From contig CDRNVI010000190.1 in NCBI GenBank assembly GCA_977017575.1, positions 119,440 to 183,439 of the forward strand: a stretch of DNA of 64,000 nt, read 5' to 3'. Below the pieces are notes generated by a model. The model was given only the letters and a program-made list of their open reading frames with translations. It searched no databases and was not told the DNA's origin. The position numbers and the translations under genes are program-made. This DNA is from Paramoeba atlantica (Eukaryota > Protista > Discosea). Of the stretch, positions 1 to 11,935 are shown piece by piece (position 1 is the stretch's first letter; the number at the start of each line of letters is the position of its first letter).

Positions 1-1102
1 ACTTTTACGATTTCTCCTTCTTTAAAATTTTCAATTGGGAGAGCTTCCAAAAGGATATGGTCCATGTTCCCTGTTTTTTTTTAGTTGTAACTTTCAAAAA
101 TACAGAGGAGATTGAATCAAATGATACAACTCGCGTATAATGTTCAAAAAAGATACAAACCGCCAGGTGGACCAACAAAGAAGGCAAACTTTAGAAATTT
201 TCCATCGAACACCGGAGCAAACTTAAAATACTGATGTAGAGTACGAGCATCAAGCCCTCGATCTCGCAACAAGAATTCCATTGGTGTGTGGAGAAAGATG
301 GACGAAAAGTTTAGAGGAACCCCCGATTGAGTTTTCTTCATTTCTGTCGAAAGATTCCATTCAGGGAGGATACCTGTGATTGTGGAGAGTCGTTGAGCGA
401 CTTTCATGATCATGGAGGAGTATTTTGTTGTTGTTGGTCCTGGTCTGTTTTTAATTTTGGTTAGCGAAGAGATAGAAAGAGAAGTCCCAGAGTGATGAGG
501 ATTGGAATTAAACTGTGGCTTTTTTGACGTGTGGAAAGTTAATTGATGAGTGATTATCAGAAGGGAAAAGAGTTTGGTTTTGACCTGTGTTTGATCTTCC
601 CCATCTTCAGACTCAAAAAACGAAACCCATTATCAGGTAAAAGGAGAATTTTGATCTGTCAAATTATCACAAAATTAGAGAGTCCTGGTTTCAAAGAATT
701 TAATAAACCTTTCTTTCCACAGAAAAAAAAAACCTCGAAGGTTCCTTTCAAATCAAGAGATCCCTCTTCAAAAAGAGGAATTCGGAGTTTGTTGGGGCCA
801 ATCTCAATTCGTATTTTAACAACCACGTTACAACTGGGGATTTTGTCCTTCATTTGGGACAGCACTTCACTACTCCCTCTCTCCCCTTCTCCCTTCTTTT
901 TGCTCTCTTTTTCTTTCTTTTTCTCTTTGTCTCGATTCGGGGTAAGCCAGCGACCTTTTTTTTTCTCCGCTTTATACTTTTCAAAAGAAGTACACCAGAT
1001 GGATATGGATCGAAGATCAAAATTTGGACCCATTGGTGGAAAATTGATCACAAGTTCCTCCTCCATCTTCACTGCTCCATACACAAGTTTCTCCTCGTCC
1101 AT
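1..1102 (-). CDS. Hypothetical protein, spliced, 3' end runs off the window
   Basis: ORFs 659..1186 (MDEEKLVY... from ATG 1102) and 144..413 can be joined through GT-AG introns (donor after 734, donor at CACAG|gt, donor at CTAAA|gtttg). The sequence is protein-like but I do not recognise a family. It is divergent from the Rab gene. Confidence 0.45.
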
Positions 1103-1257
1103 TGTGTCCAAGGTCAATCGAACGAAATAAAAATTTTGTGCTTTATTTTTCGGAGATGAAATTGAACAAAAAAAGGTGTTTTGCACATTTGAAAAAGTTC
1201 TGCCTTCACCAAAAGTTTTTTTTGGGTTTTTTTATTTCTCTCCCCTCTTTCCACTCG

Positions 1258-2139
1258 ATGGCTGACCAGGACCTCTTAATCAAACTTCTTTTGATTGGTG
1301 ACAGCGGTTCGTTTTCGAGAAAAAACTTCTTTTCTTTTTCACAAAACTCTTCTCAACCGATTTCTTCGACAATCTTAGGTGTGGGAAAGACATCTGTTCT
1401 CATTCGTTTCGCGGAAGATTCTTTTACTCCCAACTATGTTACAACAATCGGAATTGACTTTCGAATTCGGACAATTGAATTAGGAGGGAAGAGAATGAAA
1501 CTTCAACTTTGGGATACAGCTGGTCAAGAACGATATCAATCCATTACAAAAGGTGAGATTTTTTTTTTAATCTTCATCATCAATTTCATGAGAAAGAGAT
1601 TGAGTTTCCTCTCAAATCAAAGGGTATTACCGTCATACAATGGGAATCATAGTTGTATATGATGTCACCAACGAACATTCTTTTCGAAATCTTCGGCATT
1701 GGATTCGGAACATCGAAAAAGACGCCCCGCAGAATGTCATTCCAATCCTCGTTGGAAACAAGTGTGACCTTGTGGATGAAAAGGTTTTTTTTTCTTGAAA
1801 ACTCTTTCCTTTCAAAATCTCTTCTCAAAAACTAAATGGATCAAAAAGGTGATTGAGACCAATCGAGGGCAAGCTTTGGCAGACGAGAGGAAAATGCCTT
1901 TTTTTGAAACCAGCGCAAAAAATGGCGTAAATGTCGAAGAAGCATTCCTGACTTTAGTTCATGCAATTCTTCAAGCAAGAAAAATTGACCTGAGTGACGG
2001 TCCAAAAGAGGTTGCTTCAAAAGAGGCAAAGCCACCAATCGATATTGGGAAACAAATGCCACACCAACACCCAGACAAAATAACCCCTCCCCCTCCAAAT
2101 GATACAAATGGTTGTTGTTCAGGAGCAGGGCAAAAGTAG
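1258..2139 (+). CDS. RAB8: Rab GTPase, Rab8/Rab10/Sec4-like (4 exons)
   Basis: Spliced product has GDSGVGKT (G1), TIGIDF (effector), WDTAGQE (G3), GNKCDL (G4, in an exon missed by the ORF track, ~1623-1783), ETSAK (G5) and a C-terminal CC. The Rab call is firm; the subfamily is less so. Confidence 0.9.
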
Positions 2140-2408
2140 AGAAAAACTCATGAAAAAGGAGTATTTAAAGAAGAAACTTCAAACAAAAAATTCAAAAAGC
2201 AAAAAGAAACTCTTCAAATGATCAATCGAGTAATTCCAACAACCCAAAAAAAATTGGCTCAAAAAACGAGTTATTTTTTCAAAGGACTGGAAAACCCAAA
2301 AAACACCAAAACGACTCTTTCTCTCCTTTTTCGCCCAATCCGTTTTCGTATTGTATTTTTCTCTCTCTCTCTTCCTGTCTCTTCTTTTCCTCCCTTCATT
2401 CCTGCCTA

Positions 2409-3003
2409 ATGGCGGAAGAACCTTCATACAATTACTCTCAGATTGATGAGGACGAGGTGCGTGGTTCTCTTGAAGAGCGTGTTTCGCTTGAGGAACGTGT
2501 TTCGCTTGAGGAACGTGTATCACTTGAGGAACGTTCTTCCTTAGAGAAAGACTTCCCTGTTGATCCTCTCATTCCACCGCACCCTCCTCGGCGGTCTGCC
2601 ACCCCAGACGCAAGTATCTTTCAAAAGTTCTTTCTCCAAGTCTTTCTATTTTTTCTGTCTAAAACCCATTTTTTGAAAAGTTTACATTGGTCCAAACTGG
2701 ACACCGTCGGGGGATCCCCTCTCTTCCGAACCCACTCACGTTCTTTTCTTTCAAAATATTTGTGCATCAACCTCACTAACATTACATCTCTAATAGATCA
2801 CCTGTCACCACTGTGGGGCGGAAGGACAGTCATCTGTTGAATACGAATCAGGTCTCCTCACTTGGCTTATTTGTGGGGCCTCTTGCATGGCGGGTTGTTG
2901 GTTAGGATGCTGTACAATCCCGTTCTGTGTAAAGTGTGTGCAAGATGCTGTTCACAGATGCGCATCTTGTGGTCGTGTAGTGGGAGTTTTCAAACCTCTC
3001 TAG
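2409..3003 (+). CDS. LITAF/SIMPLE zinc-binding domain protein (3 exons: 2409-2613, 2681-2739, 2797-3003)
   Basis: Last exon translates ITCHHCGAEGQSSVEYESGLLTWLICGASCMAGCWLGCCTIPFCVKCVQDAVHRCASCGRVVGVFKPL*. This gives CxxC + hydrophobic stretch + HxCxxC, the LITAF pattern. Intron phases are consistent and there is a CACTAAC branch point. Not called in the ORF track. Confidence 0.9.
2466..2537 (+). repeat. Coding 18-bp tandem repeat x4 (SLEERV)
   Basis: TCTCTTGAAGAGCGTGTT / TCGCTTGAGGAACGTGTT / TCGCTTGAGGAACGTGTA / TCACTTGAGGAACGTTCT in LITAF exon 1. Confidence 0.95.
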
Positions 3004-3144
3004 CCTCCCTTGTACAGCCGGACAAACAACAAAAAATGAAGTTCTTATTTATTCATTGCGAACTGAGTGCTTTGTTTGCTGGGGGGTAGTTTTGGTTCAA
3101 CACACCATTATGTTTCATCAGAGATCACTTTACCACTGATTTTT

Positions 3145-5558
3145 TCAACCTTGGTGAACAATTTCATAGTTTTCAACTTCCAAACGAGACTCAAGAGAAA
3201 AAGGGACTGCTCGTTCATTTTCAACTAAACAGACTTTCTCGATCTAAAAAGAGACATTCCCTTTAGAATTTAATTGCTTAATTTTTTTTTTGGATGAGAA
3301 AAAAAGACCTGGAAATTGGGAACACTTGATGACGAAAGGAAACCAACATGGATTGGGAAGAAGATCGAAGAATCTCCCTCAACTTGAACCTTAAAGTTCA
3401 AAGAGGCACTTGTTACATTTTCGTCGAGAGATTGAATCTGCCAAACCAACACCCCTGCACTCTCGTCAAAGTGATATTGTCCATCAACATTCTCAACACT
3501 TGGGACAAAGGATCTTGATGAAAGAAGAAAAAAAAGAATTATGAATAACTAATTTTGCTTCCACAAAAAAATTCGAGAACAAACCTTGTTGGGATATGGA
3601 TTTCAATGAAATTCAAACTCATGTGTTGTTGTTGGAGTTCACATTCCAAAGCACACGAAGTTGTTCCATCACCATTCTGAGTGGGCCAACAAGTAACTAG
3701 AGGATCCAGCAGCAGGTGTGAGAGACAGTTTACCAAAAAAAAAAGAGAGAATTTTAAAAAAAAAAAATAACTGAACCTGATAATGGAAGTTCTTCTTCTC
3801 TTGAAGAAACACATCGATATTTCAGAACTCCAAGGGGATTTCCTGTTGGATAAGGTTGTGATGGATTCTTTAGAATCAACACGCTCTCCCGAGAGAAGCG
3901 TGCCTTGTCAATATTTGGATGGGTCTTTTCAAAATTGAAATGAGTTGTTATGCAAGTAAGAGAAAAAGAAGATTAAAGAGACCTTATATTGAACAGAAGT
4001 CACAGGTTTTTGCACGACAGTGAAGACTTTGGCACAATTTGGATCGTTGATCAAAACACTAAGATCTCCCTTTACTTCCATGGATACGTCTCCATCATGT
4101 TGGATAACCACACTAATCTTCTCATCTTGAAGAACATGTACATTCCTAGAATAGTTTTTTGAGAAAGAAACGAGAAAAGTTGAAAAAGGAATTGGAACAA
4201 AAGACAAACTTTTGTTCAACTTGTTGCTGTTGTTGCTGCTGCTGTTGCTGTGGTTGTTGTTGTGGTGGTGGGAGTTCGGGTTCTTGGTGAGAACTTTCAA
4301 TTTCAATATTTAATTCTATGAAAAAAAAAAGAATGTGAGAAAGAGTTCCTCAATCCTTAAATATGGAAGCAATCAAATGTGAGAACTGTCCAAAAATTCG
4401 TTTTTCTTGCTGACAGGTCCCAAACTCATTCCTTTGCGTTCTCTTTTCGGTTGTGCTTTTGGGCTACTCTTTTTTGATTAGAAAAAAAAAAGAAAAAGAA
4501 TTGAATTTAAAAAAAACCTAGAAATAGAGGCCATTGTTGTACTTGACGTTGGTTGATACGGTGTGATAACTTGAGGAGTGTAGCTCGAATTTCCCCCGTA
4601 GACCCCGTCGTTTTGGACTTGCTAGTAAGCTATTTTTAAGAAAGGAAAGGGAGAGAACAAATTGGGAAACTTACCCTTGAGTCTCTGCGATCTTGTTCGA
4701 TTTGGTGTTGACGTCTCTTTGCTTCTTCCATGGCCTCTCTTCTTTTACTCTGACACTTGAATTAAGGATCGAGAAAAAAAGACAGAAAGGGAAAAGGGAG
4801 ATGAGAACCTTTTCAATCATTTCATAAAGACGCTCATCTTGGCTGTCCATTTCGAGATATTGATGGATTTGTGGAAGAGTGACTTTTTCTCTGTTATTTT
4901 TTTCAAAAAAAAAACCAAGAGAGACATCTTCGATTCCCAACACAGCCTCTCTTTTCTTAATCAAACCAAAAACAATATTTTACCTGTAACCTCCAGTAAT
5001 AACTTCATCGAAAGCGAAAGTCAAGTCCAAAGCTTTATGAATCACATCCTCTTCATCGAACCCACGGCAAATATCTGTCGTCTATTTAAAAATAAATATA
5101 AAAGTTACAAAGAAAGAAAACAAAGAGAAAAGGAATGAAAAGGGAAAAAGAATACCACGCGAACAATTAGTTGAAGAGTCTCAAGATCTTCCAAAATATT
5201 GGAAGACTTGTTTGTAACCAGAACAACATAATATTGATCCAAAGGTTGGTACAAATATCGAACTGAATCTGTTTCCAGATAGGTGTGGTGTTTGTCTAGC
5301 ATTTTTGAGGAAAAGAGAGTCAAAAGAGAGAGAAAAAGAAACAAAAGAAAAGGGAAAGGACAAACCTGCACTCCCCAATAATTTTGGAAAAGCAGCAAGG
5401 AGACCCTCGATCCTCAATCGAGGGATGTTTTGGAATTGCCTTGCCACCATGACTTTCCCTCCTTTTGAACAAATTGCTGTTGATAACACCACCTGTTCCA
5501 TAATGTTTGAGAACATTTTAACAAGAGGCAAAAGAAGAAGAAAAAGATGAAGAACCAT
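3145..5558 (-). CDS. ARCN1: Coatomer subunit delta (multi-exon)
   Basis: ATG is followed immediately by an intron, giving M|[20 protein letters not shown]...[12 protein letters not shown], then [15 protein letters not shown] and [14 protein letters not shown] (longin domain). The mu-homology domain ([25 protein letters not shown]) follows. Last exon is [32 protein letters not shown]. Confidence 0.95.
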
Positions 5559-5936
5559 CTTGTTTTTCTTGTTGCTGTCTCACGAAAGAGAAGAGAAAAA
5601 GAAAAACATGAAAAAAAAGAGGCAAAGAAAAAACGTGTTGGTCGCTACATTAACCGGAACTTTTTTAAATTGGGAAGGTTTTCTTTTTGTTAGGAAAAGA
5701 CTCCAAAAAAATAAAATTGAAATGTCAAAAGAGAATAATAATTTTCACAATGAAAAAATGCATTTTTCTTTTTAAAATAACGTCGAAAAAATCGGAAGAA
5801 ACACCTTTCATTTTGTGGAGCAGACGAAAGGCTGTGGTGGAAGTTTGGAAAAGATGAGAGCGAGAGACATTCACCTTTCCACCTTTCCACGAAAGTTCTT
5901 TGAAACTCTTTAAAATTTAAGGAAAAAGGACTTTTC

Positions 5937-6860
5937 TTGCAATGCAAGGGTGACCTGCAAACCTCCCCTCACAACAACAACAGAGGAACTTTGTTTTTCT
6001 TTTTTTTGTGGCTCTCCCACTCGCGTACCTGCTTTTCTCCCGTCCCTTTGTTTTCCTCCCCTGGTTCTGATCCTCCCCGTTGTGTTTCTTTCTCGGTAGG
6101 TGATCGTCTCATTGGATCATACTCAAAGAAGGGGAATGCACAGAACAATTACCGTGGCTTAGAGGTGCAATTTACAGTTGGTGATTATCAACAAATTGAG
6201 AGGGGGCCAGGTTTTTTTAACTTGACGCTCCTGTTGTTGAAAACATTGTTTCTGAGGATATCAACTTCTTCTCTTTCTAGAATTTCTTATCAACTGATCA
6301 AGGCATCTTCCCGAATCTGAGAGTATTTTTGTTTATGATGTCGCCGCAACGCCAGACCCTCCAATGGCTTGTGGTGACAATCTTGGAATTATCGAGTGAA
6401 TTGGCATGCTGATTGTACAAAATTTACTTTGTTGCTCATTGACGATCCTTGTGAGGGAAGAATCGAGCTGTGGGATAGGATGTCCCTTTCGAAACCCAAA
6501 CCAGAGGAGGAGTGCTCGATTTTCACTGGTTCACTCGCCTGATTTGAAGACCAACAACATCCCAATACTTTGGTATTTGGTTTAAGGGGTTATGGTTCTG
6601 AAGTCAACCAGAATTCCAGTATTTTCGTCCGTTGGGTTGAAAACCAAGAAGGTAACCAGGTGACTGTGCAGGACATAATTTCGAGACCTGAAAATTATGC
6701 TTGTCCTCCAGACATTGAAGCAATCTACCAAATTAATTATTTTGATAATGGGCCAACCATTTGTGCTTTTGATTTCTCCAAGTTCACGGAGGACACTTGC
6801 TTACCTCGGGCAGAATTGTATGATGGGCTTATTGATAAAGGTAAAACTGCTTTCTCTTAA
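5937..6860 (+). pseudogene. Disrupted gene for an unknown protein with two internally homologous Cys-containing beta domains
   Basis: After a 70-nt intron (6211-6280) the frame has an in-frame TGA at 6295, a 1-nt frameshift near 6387 and another in-frame TGA at 6540. The two halves align: PMACGDNLGNYRVNW..LIDDPCEGRIELWD vs NYACPPDIEAIYQINY..FTEDTCLPRAELYD. The start is uncertain. Confidence 0.55.
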
Positions 6861-6924
6861 TTTTTTTGTAAAGAAAATAAAATTCTGTGAAAAAAAAAAA
6901 GAGATCTTGTTGTAGAAAATTGTT

Positions 6925-7455
6925 TCAAAGAGTCAGTGTTTCAACCTCCTTGCGAAGTTCCTCCAATTTCGAGATCTTGTCAAGCTGATCAGCATTTAAT
7001 TTCGCCCCATTCTCTTTGCTTTCATTTAAAGCTTCGATTTGTCTGATCTTCTTTTGAAGTGTACGAACTCGTTTTGTGTTTGCTTCTCCAGAATCAGAAG
7101 TTGCTTCTTTCTTGCCTTCCTCTTCTTTCTTTTCTTTGTTTCCTTCCTCAGACTTTTTTTCTTCCCTTTTTTGCTGTCGCTTCTTACTTCTCGCAAGGTT
7201 CTTTTTCTGTGCAGGGGTTAATTTCTCTTCTTTTTTCTTTGGAGGAGGAGGAGCATCCATTCCAAGAACATAACCAGATTTCTTCTCATTCTCGATCTTT
7301 GTCCCAATCGAAACAAACTTGGGGGCTTCGTCTGGTGGAACATAACCAGCTCGAACTTTCACATCTTTTCGAAACGATCCATCTGGACGCTGAGAACCTT
7401 GAATTGTGATACAATCTTCTTTGTTTGTGTCTTCACTTGGTCCCCAATCAGCCAT
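6925..7455 (-). CDS. PYM1: Partner of Y14 and Mago (PYM/WIBG), intronless
   Basis: N-terminal Mago-binding motif IQGSQRPDGSFRKDVKVRAGYVPPDE, Lys-rich middle, and C-terminal KRVRTLQKKIRQIEAL...ADQLDKI. Confidence 0.9.
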   Translation of the reverse strand: MADWGPSEDTNKEDCITIQGSQRPDGSFRKDVKVRAGYVPPDEAPKFVSIGTKIENEKKSGYVLGMDAPPPPKKKEEKLTPAQKKNLARSKKRQQKREEKKSEEGNKEKKEEEGKKEATSDSGEANTKRVRTLQKKIRQIEALNESKENGAKLNADQLDKISKLEELRKEVETLTL

Positions 7456-7706
7456 TGAAAGAACTCTCTTTCTCTCTCTCTCTCCTTTTTGAACCACAGG
7501 GACTTCGCTTCAAAAAAGAGAGAAAGAAAAAAAAATCAATGTCAGAAAACTGACACAGACATCTTTTTCTACAACTCCCCACAAAAATTTATTTTTCGCG
7601 TTTGAGAAAAAGAAAGAGAGAAAGAAAAAGAATTTTTTCTTCTTTTTCTTTTCTTTTCTTTTCTATTCTCTGTGGTAGAGGGTGGCAAAAGGAAGAAGGG
7701 GGAAAG

Positions 7707-10700
7707 ATGGAGTGGGGGAAGTATGTTGAAATGGTTGGAGTTCAAAAAACTCCCAAGTTGACTGTTTCGTGGAAGCTTCCTCAAGGGGATGGGGAGAAGA
7801 AAGAACAGATCGTCAAATTGACTTTGAAGTTGGTTTGGAGTGTTCAACATGCTGCTGAGGCAATTGGTTCTGTTCGAAAGAAGGTAATGAAAGAAAGAAA
7901 GAGAAAGAATTTCCTCTTGTTTACTCAAATTTCCCTTTTCTTTTTTCGTCATTGTACAGGGAGAAGGAGTGGCCCTGTATGTCATGACAACTGATCAAAA
8001 GAAGCTTCGAATGAAATCACAAACCCCCCTTTGGCGATACCAAGTCACAGGAAAGACTCTCCAACAAATTGTTATTCAACCTCTTCAATCTGATGAGTTT
8101 GTTGTTTCTTTTCTTTTCTTTTTTTTCTTTTGATTCTTTTTCTTCTCCAGCGCTAATCAATATTTTTATTCCATCAAATTTTAAAATTATTGGGTCCCTT
8201 TCTTTCTTTTGATGTCTTTTTTCTCCTTCACTATTTAGGGGTCCTGAAGAGAAGAATATCGGTCTTGTTGTCTTGAATGGACGTCGCGGAGCAAAAGGAG
8301 AAGTTTGGTTTAGTGGTTTCTCTCCCACTCTTCGAATCTCGGAAGTGTCTCATTATATTAACCACAATCTTCATCTTGGTTTTAATATGAAGTATCATGG
8401 ATTGTATATATACAAAACAAAAGAAAGTGGTAACTTTTTAGATCCAAAGAAAGAGTTGGGGGAGAGTGGAGTTGAAGAAATGGCAATTGTGGAAGTAAAA
8501 CATTTACCTTTGTTTGAGTTGGTTGATAAGGGAGTTACTCCAAATGTCTCTTTTGTTTTTCGAGATCGACATAAGATCAAAGATGTGATGAGACATTTGT
8601 GTCAGGGGTTGAAAGGAGAAGAAAGAGGGAGCGGAGGAGATGGAAGACAATCTCCCCCCTTTCCTTCTCTAGAGGAATTGGGGTTGATGTATATGCCTGA
8701 TGAAGAGACAAGGAGTTGGTTATTACCTAATAATACACTCTTGAATAGTCATATTAAAAGAGGGTCTCTGATTTTGTTGAAATATTCAGAGGGAATTGGG
8801 AGTGAGAGTAATGTGGTCGTTGGAAAAGAGAAGAGAGAAAAAGTATTTCGAACTTTGTATGTTGAACATTCTCCTTTTGGTGGGAATCTTCAGTTTGTTT
8901 TTTCTTTTCTTTTCTTTTTTCTGCCATTAACATAATCTTCTAGAATCTCCCTTTCTCTACTACTTGAATTAACTTTTTCCCCTCTCCTTCCTCTTCTCTT
9001 TTTTTATATTATTCCTATGTTAGATGGCGAACCAGTCCTCTACATCCAAAGCGAATGTTTGGAGAGGGTGTTCTTCGAACAGTTCAAGGAGTCATCCGTG
9101 TCAAAGGTGGAGGAGAGAAAGAAAAAGGAGATCTCCATTTAACAAATGCGAATGTTGTCTTTGCGAAGCTTGGATTAACGGGGTATCTATCTTATTGTGT
9201 TGCTCCACTTCAAACAGTTGGGAGAATAGATAAATCTTCTTCTTCTTATGGGGTTGAATTACATTGTAAAAATATGGTTTCTTTAAAGTTTTTGTTGGAT
9301 CCGAAAACTGCTTCGAGAACAAGGTTTGTCCGGTTGTTGGAGAGTTTAGTGTTTCCTCCGAAACCTTCCATGTGTTTTGCGTATCAGATGAAAAGGAATT
9401 TTGAAGGAAGGGATTATGGTTGGGATCTTTTTCAGGTTTTTTTTTTTTTTTTTTTGGATTCTCTTTATTGGAAAGATTGTTGAGAAAAATAAGAATTTTT
9501 TAATAAGTGAAAGCGAAATTGGAAACTAACATTTTCCTCAAGGGATTTGACAAAGAGATGGTTCGACAAGTAATCCCAGAATCAAAATGGCGAGTCAGTT
9601 TTATAAACGTTGCGTATTCAATGTGTGACACCTATCCCAATAAGATTATCATCCCCGCTTCGATCTCCGATGGCGATTTAGAGGATGTTTTTTCTTATAG
9701 AAGTAGAGGGAGAATTCCTGTTTTGACTTATTATCATTTTAATGGTTCTGTGATGGCCAGGTCTAGTCAACCTATGACTGGTTTGTCTGGGAGGACTTGT
9801 TTGGGTAATTTTCTTTTTTCTTTTTTCTTTTTCTTTTTTAATGTTTTCTTTTATTCTTACTCTCTTTTTTCTTCTCTACCTAATATTGAACATTATTTGT
9901 AAATATTATTAGCGGATGAGCGTTTGTTAAAAGCGATGAGAGATAGTTGCCAAAGTAGGACATTGTATATTTTTGATCTGCGCCCTCGAATTAATGCAAT
10001 GGGCAATCAAGCAGCAGGAGCTGGTTTTGAAGCGACTGGGACAGGTTTTTTTATATTTGTTGATTTGTTTCTTTCTCTCTTTCTTTTTCTCTCCCCTCTT
10101 CTTCACCCTGATTATCTCCTCTACAACAGGAACGGGATACGAGGGGTGCAAACTCGAGTTCGCAAATCTTGAAAATATTCACGTTGTTCGCAAGAGTTAT
10201 GCTGCAATGAATTCTCTCGCGGAAGATCGATATGATGATCCAAATTGGCATTCATCGGTTGATGCAACGGGATGGTTGACACATGTTCGAGTTTTGTTGA
10301 GTGCTGGGGCTCGACTTGTTGAAGTTATGGAACACCAAGAAGCCTCTGCGCTTGTTCATTGTAGTGATGGGTGGGATCGAACTTCTCAGGTTGTTTTATT
10401 TGTTTTTTGGGATGGGTAAAAAGAGGGAGGCGTGATTGAAAGGGTGGTTGGTTGTGTGTGTGTGGAAGAGATTTCTTCAATTTATTTTTTATATTTTTTA
10501 GGTTTGCGGAATTGCTCAATTGATGATCTCTCCGCAATATCGAACAATTGAGGGTTTTCAACTTTTGATTGATAAAGAGTGGTTAGCCTTTGGTCACAAA
10601 TTTGGTCAACGACATGGGCACATGGACAGAAACGCAGACGATCAACAACGTGCACAAATCTTTTTATTATTTATTGACGCTGTATGGCAGTTGACACAAC

Positions 10701-11752
10701 AATTCCCGTGTAGTTTCGAATTCAATTCTGAGTTTCTTCTTGATTTGGTGGACGCATCATATTCATGCCATACAGGGACCTTTCTTTTTAATTGTGAGTG
10801 GGAAAGGAAAGAAGCAGAAGTGAGAAGAAAGACTGTCTCTCTTTGGACAGTAATGAATCTCCATCGAGAGAAGTATGAAAATGTTTTCTATGTTCCTGGA
10901 ACTATTTCTCTGATTCCAAGGTTGTCTGCCGAGGCAATAGAAGTTTGGAGGGATTTTTTTTTGAGAATGAGAGAGTGGGATGGCGAAAAGTGGGGAATGA
11001 CTCAAGAATTGAGAGCATTACAACTGAAGAGTTTGGCTGACGGAAAAGATAAATTGTATCATGAGGTTTTGAAAGAGAATGAACAGTTAAAAAAGAGGCT
11101 TGTAGAGTTTGAGAAGAAAGAGGAAGAAGTAAAGGAAGAAAGTGAAGGAGAAGGAAAGAGTCTTGAGAAAATCGATGTGAATGTTGGTGAAGACCAAAAA
11201 TCAAAAAGGATTTGCGAACTCGAAGCCAAAATTCACTCTCTTGAAAAAGAACTAAGAAGGGAGAAAAGAATTTCAATGTTGAGCTCCCAAATCACATCAT
11301 CAACTTCTTTCGAGACTCAGATTTCTTTTCCCTCTTCTACCTCTTCTACCTCCTCCACCCCTTCGACTTCTTTCGAAGATCCAGTCAACTTTTTGGGCTC
11401 GACAGAAGATCTCTTGGAAAATGAAGAATCACAAAAGAGAAATTCTTTTGTTTCCCTCACTTCTCCTATTTACTACGATTGGGCGGTTATGTCGGAGGAA
11501 GATGGAGAAGGAAAGAAAAAAGAAGAGGAGGGAGAAGAAGGAAAGGAGAGGAGCGAAGACCAGGAGATAAGAACTGAGAAAGAGAGAGGAACACCATCCC
11601 CCAAAGAAAACGGGGAAATTGAGAAAGAAAAGAGAGAAAATGAAGGAGAGCCCCCGAAACAACCTGGGAGGGTCTGGAGATCTGAAAAGAGAAAGATTGT
11701 GGGTGTTGAAACTCGAGTGAGCCCAGGGATATCTCCATCTCCAATTCCCTAA
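7707..11752 (+). CDS. Myotubularin-family phosphoinositide 3-phosphatase with extended N-terminus, PH-GRAM domain and C-terminal coiled coil (multi-exon)
   Basis: Catalytic VHCSDGWDRT, plus FSYRSRGRIPVL, ARSSQP, DLRPRINA and EKEWLAFGHKF-like motifs, with a GRAM-like exon at 9055-9430. Linking exons 7707-8880 to the same gene is inferred from strand and splice phases. Confidence 0.88.
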
Positions 11753-11935
11753 TCATTCTCTAATGAAAGAGAAGAGAATGAAAAAAATAAGACATTTGTT
11801 CGTTGTTTGTAAATAAATGTCAATCAATGATTTCTTCTATTTATCTTTCTCAAAAAGGTAGAAGGACAAGAGAGAGGTCTTGTCCGACAAAAAATGAAGT
11901 ATTTCTAAAACAATTTCCTCGAGGTCTCTCTCTAT

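Noticed and set aside
100-190. Apparent homopolymer frameshift joining ORFs 144..413 and 5..187
   Set aside because: The overlap is more simply explained as an intron (donor CTAAA|gtttgcc, acceptor ttgaaag).
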